Shown piece by piece: positions 49,461 to 62,865 of a DNA stretch of 64,000 nucleotides (the stretch's first letter is position 1; each line of letters starts with the position of its first letter). Location of the stretch: the NCBI GenBank assembly GCA_010015585.1, contig ML975180.1. One strand, 5' to 3'. Below the pieces are notes generated by a model. That model did no database searches. It worked only from the letters and a program-made list of their open reading frames with translations, and was not told where the DNA came from. The stretch comes from Eremomyces bilateralis CBS 781.70 (taxonomy: Eukaryota). Both the position numbers and the translations under genes were made by a program.

Positions 49461-52400
49461 ATGGCGGAAAAGAACCTAGAAGCATTCGCTGCGAAGCTCG
49501 ACGACCCAAACCTTGGTGAGTTTGAACCAGGACCAGGCTACTTCAGCAATTAAGAGCATACTGACAATGGCATGGTTAGATGTTCGGATAAAGTGTACTG
49601 TCGCGACTGAGCTACGAGATAGCATAGAGATATGGTGTCAAGGCTCGTCTTATGCGACGTTCGTCGAGCGGTTCATCCCCATTTTCATGAATCTATTAGA
49701 TGGCCCGCCAGTCTTCATGAGCAATTCCCCAGAACAGGTTCGTTCGAAGACCCTACCACCTGGCTCCGCTAACCAGCATAGCGACTGCGATTATGTGTCC
49801 TCGAAATCCTCTTCCGACTCCCCATGACACCATCCGCCACATTGGAGCAGCATACGCCGCGGATCGTCGACCGGCTCATGGACCTCGTGCGCATCGAGAA
49901 CGAAGATAATGCGACCCTCTGCATCAAGACGGTCATGGACTTCCTGCGGAATCAGCCGAAGGCGCTCGCGGACCGGGTTCAGCCCTTCTTAGATCTCATC
50001 CAGGAGATGTTTCAACATATGGAGCAAGCAGTCAAGGATACCTTCGACAACCCGGCGCATGGAGGCGCTCAGGGCCTCCCATCGACACCCGGAAATGCTC
50101 AATACTCGAACTCTCCTCGCCCGGGCTCCCCGGTGACTTCAACGTCGTCAGCCGACATCGTTACGGAACAACCGCAGGCCCGCCCGCTGCAGAAAGGGAT
50201 GCAATCCTTCAAAGTGATTGCCGAATGTCCGATTATTGTCGTATCCATTTTCCAGGCTCACCGGGGCTGTGTCAACAAGAACGTACGGCTGTTCGTCCCC
50301 CTGATAAAGAACGTTCTGCTCCTCCAGGCGCAACCGCAAGAGCGAGCGCACGACGAGGCCAGGGCCCAAGGGAAAATCTTCACGGGTGTCTGCAAGGACA
50401 TTCGGAACCGCGCGGCCTTCGGCGATTTCATCCTCGCCCAAGTCAAGACGATGAGCTTCCTGGCATATCTGCTGCGTGTGTACTCTTCGCAGCTAACCGA
50501 CTTTTTGCCAACCCTGCCCGAGATTGTCATTCGCATGCTGCAGGATTGCCCGAGAGAACGGTCAGGTGCACGAAAGGAGCTGCTGGTTGCCATTCGGCAC
50601 ATCATCAATTTCAACTTCCGCAAGATCTTCCTGAAAAAGATCGACGAGCTTCTGGATGAGCGGACCTTGATCGGCGACGGCCTCACCGTGTATGAGACGA
50701 TGCGGCCGCTGGCGTATAGCATGCTCGCGGACCTCATCCATCATCTCCGCGATTCCCTGTCTCGGGAGCAGATTCGGCGGACCATTGAGGTCTACACAAA
50801 GAATCTCCACGACGATTTCCCCGGGACGAGCTTCCAGACCATGAGCGCGAAGCTGCTCCTGAACATGTCGGAGTGCATCGCCAAGCTCGAGCCAAAGGAG
50901 GATGCGCGTCATTTCCTGGTCATGATTCTTGACGCCATCGGAGATAAGTTCGCGGCGATGAACCGACAATATGACAACGCAGTGAAGCTATCCAAGTCCT
51001 ACACTCCTCCACCGATCGAGGCCTCAGCCGAGAACTTCCTCGCGGATCCGACACAGAAGCCCGACTGGGACGAGGTTGACATCTTCAACGCCACCCCAAT
51101 CAAAACGTCTAATCCTCGAGAGCGGAACTCGGATCCGGTGGCCGACAATAAGTTCCTCTTCAAAAACCTTCTCCAAGGGCTCAAGAACCTCTTCTATCAG
51201 CTGCGCGTGTGCAATCCGCAAAAACTGAAGGACGAAATTGACCCCACGAATGCCCCCGCCAATTGGAACGAGGTATCGTTCGGCTATAATGCTGAAGAGG
51301 TCAAGGTCCTGATCAAGCTGTTCCACGAAGGGATCCAAGTCTTCAAGTACTATGGGGTGGACAAGGCGCCCTTGGATAGTAACGATGCACAGTCCGTCAC
51401 GCAGTATGCTGGTTCCAAGGAGGAAAAAGAGCTGCTGGAGGCGTTCGCGACCGCCTTTCACCACATCGATCCCGCGACGTTCCACGAAGTCTTCCAGTCC
51501 GAGATCCCCCATCTGCATCAGATGATTCTCGAGCACGGTTTCCTCATCCACATCCCGCAGTTCCTCCTCGCCAGCGAAGCAACATCTCCCGCCTTCGCTG
51601 GCATGCTCCTGCAATTCCTCATGACCAAGATCGAGGACATTGGGAGCTCTGATGCGAGGCGAACGTCGACATTGCTCCGCCTCTTCAAGCTGTTCTTCAT
51701 GGCTGTCACCCTATTCTCGCAGCAGAATGAACCCGTCCTGCTCCCCCACGTCATCAAGATCATCACCAGGTCATTTGAGCTCTCGACAACCGCGGAGGAG
51801 CCGATGAATTATTTCCTCCTCCTACGAAACCTGTTTCGAAGCATCGGGGGCGGTCGCTTTGAAGTGTCGTACAACCACCTTCTCCCGCTGCTGGAGATGA
51901 TTTTGGAGACGCTGAACAGCCTACTCCGGACAGCACGGAAACAGCAAGAGCGAGACATATTTGTCGAACTCTCGCTTACCGTCCCGGCGCGTTTGAGCAA
52001 CCTTCTTCCGCACCTGAGCTATCTCATGCGGCCGCTGGTTGTGGCCTTGCGGGCTGGCCCCGAGCTCGTGTCTCAAGGCCTGCGCACGCTCGAGCTCTGC
52101 GTGGATAACCTGACCGCAGACTATCTCGATCCAATCATGGGACCGGTCATCGATGAGCTGATGGCCGCTCTCATGGAGCATCTGAAACCCACCCCGTACA
52201 GTCATTTCCATTCCCACACCACGATGCGGATCCTCGGCAAACTCGGCGGGCGAAACCGCAAGTTCTTGACCGGCCAACAGGCGCTCGATTTCAAGGCCTA
52301 CGCGGACGATGAGCCGAGCTTCGACATCCGACTGACCGGCTCCGCGCGTGAGCGGGCGTTGCCAGCATCGCTTGGCCTCGAAGTCGCGATCTCCACGCTG

Positions 52401-55400
52401 ACCGAAGTGCCCCGCCACGTCCAGGCGAAGAAGTTCGACGCCACGCATAAGCAGCAGGCCTTCCGGCTCATCCTCTCGCAGACCAAGCTCCTGATCGGTT
52501 ACGAGCATTTGCCCGACGATTTCACGCAGCTGGTGCGGCTGCAAGCGGACGACGCCTATGCTCGGCACTTTGACATTGGCCCGGATTGCCTGATGGAATC
52601 CTCGCGCGACAAATCGTTCGCGAAGCGAGATGCCCAACGGGATACGCTGCGAAAGCTCCTGAAAGCCATTATCTTCGCGACCTCTGTTCCGGAGCTGTGC
52701 GATGAGGCCACTGTCTTTATCCATGATCTCGCGCGACACTTCACCGTGCTCGATCTGGGCAGATGGCTCGCATACGCCAAACATGGGAGTAAGCCCTTCG
52801 ACGCGAAGGCTGGGGAAGGACCGCTCTTCATCGACACCCGAGTCATTGCGGACGCGATCGCGGACTCCCTCGCCTCCGATAGTCTCGATACCAGAAAAAC
52901 CGCAGAAACGATGCTCGAGACGATTCGAGACGCCGCGGCCGCCATCTTCGGCCCGGGTCGCGCTGCTGAGAAGCTCCCGTTGTTCAAGCACTTTGGCCGA
53001 TTGTTCGCCCACCGTTGCCACGAGGAAGAATGGTTCACCAAGGCGGGCGGGACCTTGGGCATCGAGATCCTGAGCAACCGCCTAGACTTCAGCGACGACT
53101 GGCTCCGCGAACGGCAGCAGGATTTCGTGCGAGCGTTGATGTACGTCCTCAAAGACATGCCGCACGACGTCTCGTCCACGACGCGTACCCAAGCGTTGGA
53201 TGCGCTGCTGGCCACCGTTACGCGGTGCAACCGCAAAGCCGAGAAGAAGGATTTGTCCGATCCCAAGTCCAGCTTGAGCGTGCTCTGCTCGTTTCTCATT
53301 TTCGAGCTGGCGCACATGAGTAAACACGTGCGGAACGCTGCGCAGAAGGCGTTTACGGTGCTGAACGAAACGACGGGTATCGGGACCCACGAGCTCATCC
53401 GGCCATTCAAGGACAAGGTGCTCCAAACCATCTTCTTGAAGCCCCTTCGGGCGCTACCGTTTGGCACACAGATCGGCTACATCGAAGCTGTTACGTTTTT
53501 CCTATCCCTGGGACACAGCCTCGTCGATTTCAATGACCACCTGAACCGGCTGCTGATGGAGTCCCTCGCCCTTGCCGATGCAGACGATGAGACCCTCGCC
53601 TCGAAACCGCTGGAGCACCGGAGCGCCGAGTCCATCGTCCGGCTCCGCGTAGCATGCATCAAATTGCTATCGACCGCACAAGGCTTCGCAGAGTTTGGCA
53701 GTTCGCCTCCGAACCAGCAACGGACGCGAGTTATCGCCGTCTTCTTCAAGTCGTTGTATTCCAAGGCCCCCGACGTGGTCGAGGCGGCCTACACCGGACT
53801 CTCTGGCGTTTTGGTCACCACGAACAAGTTACCGAAAGACCTCCTCCATAGCGGTCTGAAGCCGATCCTCATGAACCTTCAGGACCCCAAAAAGATCACG
53901 GTGGAGGGCTTGGAGGTGCTGGCTCGGCTGCTGAAGCTGCTGACGAGTTATTTCAAACTGGAGATCGGATCACGGTTGCTGGACCACATGAAAACCATTG
54001 CGGACGGTCCCGCCTTGCAACGAACCTCATTCACGCTTATCGAACAACACCGGCCCATGAAAGTAATCAAGGCGATCCTCAACATTTTCCATCTTCTGCC
54101 TCCTACCGCCGTCTCGTTCTTGGGCAGCCTAGTCGCCAAGGTGATGGAGCTCGAGTTGGCACTTCGTCGCACCCGAATCAGCCCGTTCCGCGAACCGCTC
54201 CTGAAGTATCTCAACCGGTACCCGAAAGAGACGTGGGACTTCTTCGCCCCGAAGCTCCCGGACCTTTCCTACAGCCGCTTCTTCGCCCAGCTCCTCGCAG
54301 ATCCCAGCAGCGATCCGTTGCGAGAAGCCGTCTGTAACGACACCGCGCCGGTCGTCAGCGGGTTGGCGGCGGAAAGCGATGGTGAGCGATGGCCGGTGAT
54401 CATTAGCTCTATCCATATCACATGGTCGGTGTGTCAGGCTGACAAGACCAAGAATTTCCTGGTCAGGCGGGAAGGGATCCGAAAAGCGCTCCTCGACGTC
54501 GGCAAGCTCCTCGAGACACGGCTGAGGACCAACAAGATCGACCCGAGCGTTCGTTTGGCCGCCGACCAAGCGGCTCAACAGCTGGTCGACATCTTCACCG
54601 TCACCATGTCGCAAGATCCGCGCAACGTGGACCTCTTTTTCGAAGTCGTGAACGCGGTGACGGCAGATGAACTTCGTGCTTCTCCAACCCTCTTCCACTA
54701 CATATACGAGGCCATTGTGACCAGTGACGCCGTGGACTTTTCGCGGAGTTTATTGATGCGTTGTATCGAGCTTTATGCTGGCCGCGGCGCCTCGCAGAAG
54801 ACCAAAACGTTCTTGTTCCACAACGTCGTCAACCCCATCCTTGCACTGGACGTCATGCGGAATTGGGACGGCCTCTTTGGGAACCAGAAAGGTACCAAGC
54901 TGATGGACCGCGCTATGATAGATGCGGTCAACACAAAGTTGTGGAGACCTCAATCGATGATCGATACCTCGGAGGAAACGGGCCAGATCGGCGTCGATCA
55001 CTCGCGGATGGAGCTGCTGCAACTCACGGCGCTCCTGCTCAAATACCATACCAACCTGGTGCAGGACTTCCGGAAAGACGTCATTCGGTTTGGCTGGAAC
55101 TTCATCAAACTAGAGGACGTGATCAACAAGCACGCCGCATACGTAGTAGTCGCATACTTCGTCGCCCATTACGATACCCCTCCCAAAATCGTCATGCCTG
55201 TGTATCAGACGCTGCTGAAGGCGCACCAGAACGAAGGACGGACACTCGTCACGCAGGCGCTCGAGCTCATGGCTCCGGTCCTCCGAAAGCGCCTGATGGG
55301 CGGCAGCGAGAGCAAATTCCCGGCGTTCGCGCGTATGCCCAAAAAGATCCTCACCGAAGAAAGCCACAATCTGCAACAGCTGATCAGCATTTTCAATTTC

Positions 55401-58400
55401 ATCGTCCGGCATCCCGACCTGTTCTACGAAGCCCGAGAGCCGCTGTCGGTGATCATCATTCCTGCGCTGGCCAAGATCGCCCAGCCTCCCAGCCCCTCCA
55501 ACGAGCACAAGCGGATTGCGATCAACCTGATCAGTCTCATCTTCCAGTGGGAGGACCGTGCCGCTCGAGAGTTCCGGGAAACTAGTTCCCCTGCCGGTAC
55601 GAAACGAAAAGCGGACGGTACACCCATGCCGCGGAGCAACTTCCTCGCCAACCCCGCGTTGCGCATGGTTCTCGTCCAGTACCTCGTCACATTCATCGCA
55701 TCGCTACCAGAGCGGTACCCTGTCGCGTCTCAGCGCACCAAGGACGCGTTGAGCACGCAGCCGCAAAATCTTCCCAATCCCGAAACCTCCAAGATGGCGG
55801 TACGACTATTGCACAAGCTAGTCTCGCCTCCGCACTGGATGGACTTGGATATCCCATCGCTCCTTTCTCCTCACGCGGAGAAGGGCCCGCAGCTCATCGA
55901 GCAGAACCTCGCCACCGATCAAGGAGCCGACGAGAAGCCGGAGATCTGGCTCACGCGACAGATCAACACGCTGGAGATCGTCAAGATCCTCGTCAACGTT
56001 GTGTCGGACACGTGGTTGCTCGAGAACATCGGCCGGGTCCAGAAGCTGCTCGAGAAAACTATGCGGATGGAGAGCTCCGAAGTGCAGGATTGCTTGCACT
56101 CGCCGGAAGCGGCCGAGTCCGGCATCAGCGGGATGGTGCCGACAATTGAGCGAGTCCTTCACATCATTCCCGACAAGGCGGCCGAGGAGGACGAGAACAG
56201 CGACGACTCACCGGGAGCCGAGTTTATCCAATTCTGTGGCACGGTTGCGAACGAAGGCTTGTCCAACGGCCATCTCGTTTCCGCACTTAACGTCCTGTGG
56301 ACGCTCTGCAAGAAGAAGCCGCAGGAGGTTGATCAGCACATTCCCGCTATCATGAAGGTTTTCCAAACCAAGCTGCTGAAGGACCACTTTTCCGCTCCCC
56401 CGGCGCATCCGGCAATACCGCATCCACGAGCTGCGGACTCCACGAACGCTACCCCTGACCCTGTCGAGTATCAAATCCAAATCGGCCTGATCTTGAAGAC
56501 CATCGACATCTTGGATGCACGAATGAACTCTTTGAATGAGAATCGGCGACCCTTTCTGCAAGCGCTGGCGCAACTGGTGGAGCGTTCGCAGAGCACCGTC
56601 ATTTGCACCAAGATCCTGGAATTGGTCGAGAAATGGGTCTTCCACCACACGGGAGAGCTTTTCCCGACCATGAAGGAAAAGACGGCAGTGCTGAGCAAAA
56701 TGCAGGCGTTTGAGCAGAGAGCCGATCCGACGCTGATGCGCCGCTTCCTCGACCTGGTCATCCGAATCTACGAGGATCCCAAGATCACGCGATCCGAACT
56801 GACGGTGCGCATGGAGCCGGCATTTCTGGTCGGAACAAGGGCGCAAGACGTCGACATGCGCAACCGTTTCCTAGGCATCTTCGACCGCCACCTCACCCGC
56901 ACAGCTAGCAGCCGCATCAACGCCTTGCTCGCTTCCCAAGACTGGCTTCCGCTGAGCGACACATACTGGCTGTCGCAGGTCACCCACCTCCTTCTCGGCT
57001 CGGTCGACACAAATCACACGGCCCAACTCCACGATGATGATTTCAAGGTCACGTCCCCGAACCTCGTGTTCGGAACGTACGCCAAAGACTCGCGCATCGC
57101 AAATGTGATCGTGGACGGCGAGTTCGACGTGTTCATGAACTCGTGGAAATCCTTCCACCAGGGCCTCGGCGACGTGAAGGTCAAGGATATTCTGGAGCCG
57201 CTCGGTCAACTGCAGCACACCAACACGACGCTGGCACATGATATATGGGTCGCCTTGTTCCCGATGTTCTGGATCACCGTCCCCAAAGACGACCGCGGGG
57301 ATTTTGAGAAGGCGTTGGTTGCATTGTTGACCAAGGAGTTCAATTACCGGCAGATCGACAAACGACCCAACTGCGTCCAGTCTTTGCTGGAAGGCATTGT
57401 CCGCGCGAAGCCGCGATTGAAGTTTCCGCCGCAGGTTATGAAGTATCTAGCCAAGACATACAATGCGTGGTATACTGCTGCCCATTACATGGAGGAGGCG
57501 TCGATAAATCCGGTCATCGACACCGCGTCGGTACGGGAGAGTACCTCGGACGCGTTGTTGGAACTGTATTCGAACCTCTTAGAGGACGACTTGTTTTACG
57601 GTACTTGGCGTCGGCGCTGTCAATACGTAGAGACCAACGCGGCACTGTCCTACGAGCAAATCGGCATGTGGGAGCAGGCGCAGCGAACATACGAAGCTGC
57701 TCAAATCAAGGCTCGAACGGGAGCGTTGCCGTTCTCGCAAGGCGAGTACATGCTGTGGGAAGATCATTGGGTCATTTGCGCCCAGAAGCTTCAGCAGTGG
57801 GATGTCCTCGCCGATTTTGCAAAGCACGAGAACTTCAACGATCTCTACCTAGAGTCGACGTGGCGACACATCGAGATGTGGAACACGGCCGAGTCACGGG
57901 AGCAGCTCGAATCGATCATCAAGTCGGTGTCGGATGCGCCGACGCCGCGGCGGGCATTCTTCCAGGCCTTCATGTCCTTGTTGAAATACAACGCGAAGCA
58001 AGAGACGCCTCAAGACCTGAACCGATTCACGGACGAGGCCATCCAGATTTCCATCCGCAAGTGGCACCAGCTTCCCAAGCGCATCACCAATGCGCACATC
58101 CCGATCCTGCAGAACTTCCAGAACCTCGTGGAACTGCACGATGCCAGTATCATGTGCACCAGCCTAGGGCAGACCAACCAAGCGAACCTAGAGGTCAAGG
58201 CGCAGGAGTTGAAGCTCCTTCTCGGGTCCTGGCGCGATCGCCTGCCAAATTTCTGGGACGACATCAACGCGTGGCAGGATCTGGTAACCTGGCGGCAGCA
58301 CATCTTCCATCTCATCAACAACGTCTATCTCTCGCTCCTGCAAAATAACCAAGCCACTCCCGGACAAGCGAATTCCTACCACTACCGCGGCTTCCATGAA

Positions 58401-60983
58401 ACCGCCTGGATCATCAATCGATTCGCTCATGTGGCGCGGAAACACAACCTCACCGACGTGTGCATCCAGCAGTTGGGCCGCATCTATACTCTACCCAACA
58501 TCGAGATCCAGGAAGCGTTCCTCAAACTCCGCGAGCAGGCCAAGTGCCACTACCAGAACCGGGCGGAACTGAACCAGGGCTTGGAGGTGATCAACAACAC
58601 CAACCTCAACTACTTCACGGCACAGCAAAAAGCCGAGTTCTTCACTCTCAAGGGCATGTTTTTGGAGAAGCTGGGCGAACGACACGAAGCGAACGGCGCG
58701 TTCGGCAGCGCCCTCTGGTTCGAGATCAAACATCCCAAGGCCTGGGCGGAATGGGGGCGTTACAACGACAACATCTTCAAGGAAAATCCCGCCGACATGG
58801 AGCGCGCCTCCTCCGCCATCGGATGTTACCTAGAAGCGGCAAGCACTTACAAGAACGCCAAGTCGCGGCGGTTGCTCAGCCGTGTGCTTTGGCTCCTGAG
58901 CCTCGACGACGAGCGCCGCACGGTGGAGACGACCTTCCGGGAGTTCAAGGGCGATCATCCCACGTGGTACTGGATCACATTTATCCCCCAGCTCATCCAA
59001 GGCCTGTCCCGACAGGAGGGCGTCGTCGCCCGGATGCTGCTCGCCAAGATCGCCAAGTCGTTCCCCCAGGCCCTGTTCTTCCAGTTGCGGACCGCGCGAG
59101 AGGAGTTTACGAACTTGAAAAAGCAGCAGGACGCCGCGCTAGCTAAGGACCGAGCTGCCAAGGCTCGACAGCATAGCCAGCAACCGAAAAGCTCGCCGAC
59201 ACAAAAGGCCACCCCCGACTCCCGCCCGGCAACGGCATCTGGAACCAAAGAGGACGCCAATACGTCTGCCGGAACCGCTGACGGGACGCCCAAGATGGAG
59301 GCGAAGACCGAGCCGACTCCAGATGGAGTGGCCGCGGCGGATACGCCAAAGAAGCCCTGGGAATATGCCGAGGACATCATGTCGACATTGAGAACGGCGT
59401 TCCCGCTGCTCGCGTTGTCGTTGGAAACCATGGCCGACCAGATGGCCAAGTACTTCAAGTGCCCGCCGGACGAAGATGCATACCGGCTCATCGTTGCGCT
59501 GCTGAACGATGCTCTGTCCTACATCGGCCGCACTCCGCACTCGTACGGGCAAGATGTCAAACTCCCTCCGTCGACGGAAGCGAACATCACCAAATTCGCC
59601 CAATCCATCCTCCCCGCGCACATTCGAGGGTTCTTTGAGTCCGACTTTGTGCTCAAGAAGCCGACCATGTACGAATACATGCAGAAGCTTCGTAAATGGC
59701 GCAACAAGTTCGAGGAGCGACTCGATGCCCGTGACAACCCGACGAGCCTGGAGCTGCAGAGCTCGCATCTCAGCGAGTTCAAGTACGCCAAATTCGAGGA
59801 CGTCGAGGTCCCGGGGCAGTATCTCATGCTCAAGGACAAGAACACCGACTTTGTCAAGATCGAGCGGATTCTGCCGAACGTGGAGCAGGTGCGTGGCAGT
59901 GGTGTGTCGTGGCGACGGATCAGGATCCGGGGACACGATGGAAGCGTCCATATCTTTACGGTGCAGCATCCGGCTACTAAACAGGCTCGACGAGAGGAAC
60001 GGATCATGCAGTTGTTCCGCATCTTCAATGGTACTTTGGTCAAGAAGCGAGAAGCCCGACGTCGGAACCTTCAGTTCACGCTTCCCGTCATTGTGCCGCT
60101 CTCCAACATTGTTCGGCTGATTCAGGAGGACCCGTCCGCTGTCAATCTGCAGCAGATCTACGAGACGTATTGCCGGTTGAATGGCATCAACAAGGACGAC
60201 CCCATCTTGTTCAGCATCGAGAAGATGCGGGGATTGAGTCCAGTAAGTTTTCCGACCTCCGGACGCGGGATCGCTGCTGACCATCTTGAACAGAAATCAC
60301 CCGCCGAGTACTTGAATGCGCTTCGCCTAGAAATCTACACATCTATTCAAGACAAGTTCGTCCCCAACTCGGTGGTGTTGGACTATTTCCAATCCACCTA
60401 CCCGTCGTTCGCCGATCTTTGGTTATTCCGTCGCACCTTTGCCTATCAGTTTGCGGCGCTGTCCTTCATGACCTATATCATGCACATGAACGCTCGCACG
60501 CCACAGAAACTGTTCATCAGCCGGGGCACCGGGCGCGTCTGGGGATCGGAGCCGTTCCCCTCCATCTCCGCGGGCAAAGCCGTCTTCCACAATCCCGAAG
60601 TCGTCCCGTTCCGCCTGACGCCGAATCTCCAAACCCTGATGGGCCCGCTGGGGACCGAAGGCATCTTCGCGCCGTCCATGATGGCGCTCGGGCGGTGCTT
60701 GGTTGAGCCCGACGGCGAGCTGGAAATGCAGCTGGCCATCTTCGTGCGGGACGAGGTGACGTTCTGGCACACGCAGTCGCACCGGCCCGCGCCGAACACG
60801 ACGCAGTTGCGGGAGCTGGTGCAGGGGAACATCGAGCTGGTGTCAAGAAGGGCGATGAGCTTCGCGAAGCCGCCGAATAGTCCGAACCTGCCGGCCAATC
60901 AAACAGTCGTGGACTCCGTGGCGCTTGCCGTCAATCCCAACAAGCTGGCGGTGACGGAACCGCTGTGGATGGGATACTTGTAA
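49461..60983 (+). CDS. TRA1: Tra1/TRRAP PIKK pseudokinase, SAGA/NuA4 subunit
   Basis: ~3.8k aa with HEAT, FAT, PI3K-like and FATC regions ('SFKVIAECPIIVV','WRDRLPNFWDDINAWQDLVTWRQHIF','VPFRLTPNLQ','PLWMGYL'). Introns 49516-49579, 49738-49781, 60243-60293. Confidence 0.97.
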
Positions 60984-61251
60984 TTAATGTACTTTGCTTG
61001 CTTCAGTTGCTGCAGCCGGTATGGCATGGCGTTTTCGGGATAGGAAATGGGAGGAATACTTGCGCCCCAGTTCGGCGTCACGAACTGCGATGACACTCGC
61101 ACCGTTCACAGCCAGTGGACGCAGCGATACTATAACGTGGGCAGGAGTGCATGTTTCTTCACTAATGTATACATATCATGGGTTCGGAAGCCCATCACGG
61201 CCGACACGTAGCTATTGAATGAACTTTAATTCTGAATCGCTGAGGTTCGTG

Positions 61252-61984
61252 CTACTGCCACTTTGTGAGATTACTTGGGATGAGGCGCTTCAAAACTGCC
61301 AGATGCTGCTCATGCTCCTCTTTCTTCAGCGCAAAGACCGTGTCCTTGTTGGTGATCATAGTCATGTCCCGTCGCCGAGCGTTCTGCCCATAGACGACCA
61401 TGAAGTCGTAAATCCACTCATCAGGCTGGACGATCACCATGGGAGCGATCTTGCAGTACTGGGAAATAGTGAGTGAGAGCGACAGTACACAGGTCGAGGT
61501 AACGCACCTTTCCAACGTTTGAGCCCCCTTTGAGATGGCATCCCGCGCCAACGAGACAGCCTTCGTCCACGACCTTGGCCTCGACCACGGCGCTCGTCCC
61601 GACCACGACGTTTCGATTCAACGTCACATCCCGCTCCTTCAGCGCGGAGTCCCCCTGCGCGGCCGTCTCGGTCGTGAACCCGACCACCGCCCGCTCCGCC
61701 ACGATGCATCCCCGCCCGATGGTGACGGGGCCTTCTACCGAGGAGATCTTGCAGTACGGGTGCAGGACGACGTCCGGGCCGATGGTAATGGGGTGGAGCC
61801 CCGTCAGGATGGCGTGGGTGGACACAATGGCGGAGGGATCGATGACGGTGGGAGCTTTGGGGAAGTTGAGCGATTGGCGTTTGGCGGCGAGGGATTGTCG
61901 GGAAGCGGCGGTGGTGGAGGTTCGGCGCCCTTCGGAGGGGGTCCCTTGAGGGGCAGAGATGGACACGCGTTTGGTTTCAGACAT
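61252..61984 (-). CDS. Dynactin subunit 6 (p27), left-handed beta-helix protein
   Basis: Hexapeptide-type repeats ('ITIGPDVVLHPYCKI','GPVTIGRGCIVAE'), one intron (donor at 61507) and C-terminal 'HLAVLKRLIPSNLTKWQ'. Confidence 0.75.
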
Positions 61985-62477
61985 GAGGTTGGTGACGGCA
62001 ATCTAAGAGGAATAAAGGGGGCAATGTGTGGTCATATATTAGATGCTACATTGGGCTTGTCGTCGCCCGATTGAGGTTGTTGATGATATACTGGAGTTGA
62101 AAGGCTGGCCCGATAACAATGATTTAAATTCACGTGCATAAATAGTTGATTCTTCGCCAGTTTCCAATACTACAGGTAGGTGTCCAAGTATTTTACTTTG
62201 AAATAAGTACCAACAGCTACCTATTATTAACTAAGATCCAGCATCAACAATGGTCACTGTATCTGGACTTTGTAGAGCTTGAGACTGTGGCTGTGTGGCA
62301 GGGCTGGAGCCTGGAGACCAGAGATCGCTAATGCCTGACAGCCTTGTAGCCTGAGATCAAGGCACAGATGGAAAAATAGTCAGATGACTCCAGAAGTCCA
62401 GACCGACGATACAGGTTGGTTTAATTAGTTGCCTTTGGTTAAGTTAGTTAGTAGACTGTAGATAAGTTAGCTACGTA

Positions 62478-62865
62478 CTGGAGGGTTTCTGCCAGGAATT
62501 ATGGGCACCTGGAAATTGCGTTTTGTGTAATATTCGACAGCGTAGCGCGTTTTATTTGCCCATACCCAGTTAGCCAACCTAACCGCTAGATATTAGTTCA
62601 TAAGCCGGCTAAATGCAGAGAGTTGACCTGAAAACGATTTCCAGGACCTGAAAATTGTTTTCAGGTCAGGTTCGCCCGATTTCCAGCTCGTTAATTGGCT
62701 GATCTGTTAGCGTACCGTATAATTACAGAAACAGAATCACGTGTGCTTATCACGTGCCTTAAATTTGAAAATAAAAGAGGTATAGCGGCACCGCTTAATC
62801 AGCGGATTACAGCTGTCGAGCCTGATTTTCAGGTGTTCCACATATTCCTGGCAGAAACCCTCCAC
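62478..62865. mobile_element. MITE (non-autonomous TIR element, probably Tc1/mariner-pogo type)
   Basis: Perfect 21-bp inverted repeats tggagggtttctgccaggaat (62479-62499) and attcctggcagaaaccctcca (62844-62864), extending imperfectly to ~38 bp. TA at 62476-62477 and 62866-62867. No ORF. Confidence 0.85.

Noticed and set aside
50148..60898. Many 100-380 aa overlapping or antisense ORFs within TRA1 (similarly in VPS8, uaY, SFI1)
   Set aside because: Expected shadows of GC-rich coding sequence; no recognisable domains.
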